From the NCBI GenBank assembly GCA_023261815.1, contig JALNKA010000015.1, forward strand, positions 1 through 28,401: 28,401 nucleotides of DNA, read 5' to 3'. Origin of the DNA: Candidatus Wolframiiraptor sinensis (GTDB taxonomy: Archaea > Thermoproteota > Nitrososphaeria_A > Caldarchaeales > Wolframiiraptoraceae). Of the stretch, positions 26,017-28,401 are shown in pieces (the stretch's first letter is position 1; each line of letters begins with the position of its first letter). The notes below the pieces were generated by a model. It saw only the letters and a list, made by a program, of their open reading frames with translations, had not been told where the DNA came from and made no database searches. Made by a program: the position numbers and the translations under genes.

Positions 26017-26937
26017 ATGAAGCTGAGGTTAAAGGCGCCTGCAACCTCCGCGAACTTGGGCCCAGGCTTTGATGTTTTCGGCCTCGCATTAATGGAGCCC
26101 TACGATATCGTAGAGGCTGAGCGCATTTCAGATAAACATGTTGAGATCGAGGTGCTAGAGGGCTATCCCGTTCCCACGAAGCCCGAGGAGAATACCGGCG
26201 GCTATGCCGCACTGAAGATGATCGAAGATTTTGGGCTCTCTGAGGGCGTAAGGCTTAGAATCCGGAAGGGGATAAGGCCGGGAAGCGGACTCGGGAGCTC
26301 AGCGGCCACGGCGGCCGCGGCGGCCTACGCGGTCAACGAGCTCTTTAACCTGGGCTTGAGCAGCGAAGAGCTCGTAAGATACGCCGCGCTGGGAGAGCTC
26401 GTCTCGGCGGGCGCCCCCCACCTCGATAATGTCGCTCCAGCGATTTATGGCGGATTCGTCATGGTCTCGCAAGAGCCGAGGCTGAGGATATATTCCATGG
26501 AGCCTCCGCCCGATCTGGGCGTTGTTGTGGCCCTCCCGGATGTCGAGAAGGGATCGACGAGGAGGGCGAGGGAGGTTATTCCGAGGGAGGTCCCTCTTCG
26601 ATCGCTTGTGCATAACGTGGCTAAGGCCTCGATACTGGCCGCCGGGATCGCCCTGAAGAACATTAATATGATCAGGGAGGGCATGAATGATGCGGTCGTT
26701 GAGCCCGCGAGGGCGAGAGCGGGAATAATACCGGAGTATGAGGGGGTTAAGAGGTTGGGCGAGGAGCTTGATGCCGGGATAGCGGTGAGCGGCGCAGGCC
26801 CCGCGGTGATCTGCGTGATCGAGAAGAGTCGAAGGAATGTGGCGGCCGAGGCCCTGAAAAAATTCTATGAATCGCGCGGCTACAGAGTCCAACTCTATAT
26901 TACCGAGCCTGGGCCAGGGGTCGCTGTGATAGGGTGA
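26017..26937 (+). CDS. thrB: Homoserine kinase
   Basis: APATSANLGPGFD, PGSGLGSSAA, HLDNVAP, SGAGP. Confidence 0.96.
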   Translation: MKLRLKAPATSANLGPGFDVFGLALMEPYDIVEAERISDKHVEIEVLEGYPVPTKPEENTGGYAALKMIEDFGLSEGVRLRIRKGIRPGSGLGSSAATAAAAAYAVNELFNLGLSSEELVRYAALGELVSAGAPHLDNVAPAIYGGFVMVSQEPRLRIYSMEPPPDLGVVVALPDVEKGSTRRAREVIPREVPLRSLVHNVAKASILAAGIALKNINMIREGMNDAVVEPARARAGIIPEYEGVKRLGEELDAGIAVSGAGPAVICVIEKSRRNVAAEALKKFYESRGYRVQLYITEPGPGVAVIG

Positions 26938-26944
26938 ATGGGGG

Positions 26945-28198
26945 GTGCATGGGCCTCTGCCGAGATATTGGCTCCGCTGCATTGGATGTTGCGCCGAGTA
27001 TCCGGGGTCCAGTAGGCTATACTCTTGCCCTAGGTGCGGCGACCTGCTCGACATAGTCTATGATTTAGGTGAAGAGGCTTCTAGGATACCGTGGTTGAGG
27101 AATTTCGAGTCTAGACCACTCGGCGTCTGGAGGTATAGGGAGCTTCTCCCAGTGGAGGATCATCGCCTTATAGTCTCGATGAATGAGGGCGGGACGCGGC
27201 TGATAAGATGCAGGAACCTTGAGCGGGAGCTCGGGATCAGGGAGATCTACGTGAAATATGAGGGCGATAATCCGACCGGGTCGTTTAAGGATAGGGGAAT
27301 GACGGTCGGCGTGACGAGGGCCGTCGAGGTCGGGGCTGAGACGACGATATGCGCTTCAACCGGGAACACGAGTAGTAGCCTCGCAGCCTACTCGGCTCGC
27401 GCGGGCCTCAAGTGCGCGGTGCTGGTTCCCTCTCAGAGAATCGCTCTCGGAAAACTCAGCCAAGCCCTGATTCACGGCGCGAGGGTCCTGGCGGTTAGAG
27501 GAAACTTCGATGACTGCCTCAAGATCGTCAGGGAGCTGAGCAGGGATCCGCGATTCTATCTCCTGAACTCGATAAACCCGTTTAGGCTTGAGGGCCAGAA
27601 GACCGCTGCCTACGAGATCTACGAGCAGCTCGGCGGAGATGTTCCCGACTACCTGCTGATACCGATCGGGAACGCGGGAAACATCGTCGCATACTGGAAG
27701 GGCTTCAGCGATCTGAAGAACATGGGGCTGATTGATGCGCTCCCGAGGTTCATGGGCGTTCAGGCCGAGGGTGCGTGCCCGATCTACAGGGCCTTCGTGG
27801 AGGGTTCGAGCGAGATAAAGCCCGTCGAGAACGTTGAGACAGTCGCGACTGCAATCAGGATAGGCAATCCTGTGAACTGGAAGAGAGCGCTTAGGGCTGT
27901 GAGGGAGACGGGAGGTCTTGTGGAGGCCGTATCGGATGACGAGATTCTCACTGCTCAGAGGCTCTTAGCATCAAGGGAGGGGGTATTTGCGGAGCCTGCC
28001 GGCGCATCGCCGATAGCGCTTCTTATGAGGGCCGCGAGAAGCGGCTTAATCGAGCGCGATAGCAGGGTAGTCTGCGTCGCAACCGGCCATGGGCTGAAGG
28101 ATCCCGACATAGTTCTAAGAACATCCAAGAACTTAATCGAGGTTGACTCCGAGATGGGCGCGATCTTGAGGGCCCTGGAGATGGCCCCTCGAGCCTAA
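26945..28198 (+). CDS. thrC: Threonine synthase
   Basis: N-terminal Zn ribbon, EGGT, NPTGSFKDRG, CASTGNTS, NSINPFRLEGQKT, PIGNAGN, TGHGLKD. Confidence 0.96.
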   Translation: MHGPLPRYWLRCIGCCAEYPGSSRLYSCPRCGDLLDIVYDLGEEASRIPWLRNFESRPLGVWRYRELLPVEDHRLIVSMNEGGTRLIRCRNLERELGIREIYVKYEGDNPTGSFKDRGMTVGVTRAVEVGAETTICASTGNTSSSLAAYSARAGLKCAVLVPSQRIALGKLSQALIHGARVLAVRGNFDDCLKIVRELSRDPRFYLLNSINPFRLEGQKTAAYEIYEQLGGDVPDYLLIPIGNAGNIVAYWKGFSDLKNMGLIDALPRFMGVQAEGACPIYRAFVEGSSEIKPVENVETVATAIRIGNPVNWKRALRAVRETGGLVEAVSDDEILTAQRLLASREGVFAEPAGASPIALLMRAARSGLIERDSRVVCVATGHGLKDPDIVLRTSKNLIEVDSEMGAILRALEMAPRA

Positions 28199-28208
28199 CT
28201 ACTCTCCG

Positions 28209-28401
28209 CTAGATCTCCGCAATCATCCTCGACAGCATCTCCTCGACATATGGATACTTCTGCATGTTCTCCCTCATCACCAGGAATCTTCTCTCGATTA
28301 TGTCCAGCGCCACTCTCGCGGCTAGGGCCGGCGTCCAGCCCTCGCCGACCCCCACGAGATGAACTCTATCCGTGTTGAGCCTGGCCCTGCAGTGGATCAT
28401 A
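28209..28401 (-). CDS. Partial gene (3' end); HPF/RaiA-like C-terminal domain as in archaeal CBS-HPF hibernation proteins
   Basis: IHCRARLNTD....VGVGEGW....A..VALDIIERR: two strands, a GEG(W/Y) turn and the ALDxxER helix. The 5' part is outside the window. Confidence 0.5.
   Translation of the reverse strand, partial: MIHCRARLNTDRVHLVGVGEGWTPALAARVALDIIERRFLVMRENMQKYPYVEEMLSRMIAEI

Noticed and set aside
12672-27054. Many long antisense or alternate-frame ORFs (e.g. 12672..13244, 17071..17673, 22877..23452, 26299..27054)
   Set aside because: Shadows of well-supported genes in GC-rich coding sequence, with no motifs. No CRISPR array, intein or IS element was seen in the window.

Overview
Gene-dense chromosomal segment of a probably thermophilic TACK-type archaeon; an Aigarchaeota-like lineage is my inference. 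Archaeal markers are BRE/TATA promoters, GGTGA Shine-Dalgarno sites, top6B and LysW-pathway genes. The first ~12.5 kb is the unusual part. It holds a type IV pilus/secretion ATPase with an extra C-terminal winged helix, facing a coupled operon of membrane-anchored Roadblock, Roadblock and an MglA/CvnD-type small GTPase. It also has two paralogous modules pairing a cysteine-less thioredoxin-like domain with a Roadblock: one as two genes, one as a fusion broken by a +1 frameshift. A lower-GC block of four class III signal-peptide pilins follows, the last split at UCC_UUU_UUU_CGC. Together this looks like an archaeal MglAB-like GTPase switch linked to type IV pili. Two radical SAM enzymes resemble tetraether-lipid modifiers (Gms-like with a probable CTG start; Grs-like). 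The rest is mostly housekeeping: amrS, top6B, argG, lysXJK, two regulators, endoQ, cimA, tRNA-Arg(GCG), thrB, thrC and a partial HPF-like gene. Family calls rest on motif recognition from memory, not database searches.
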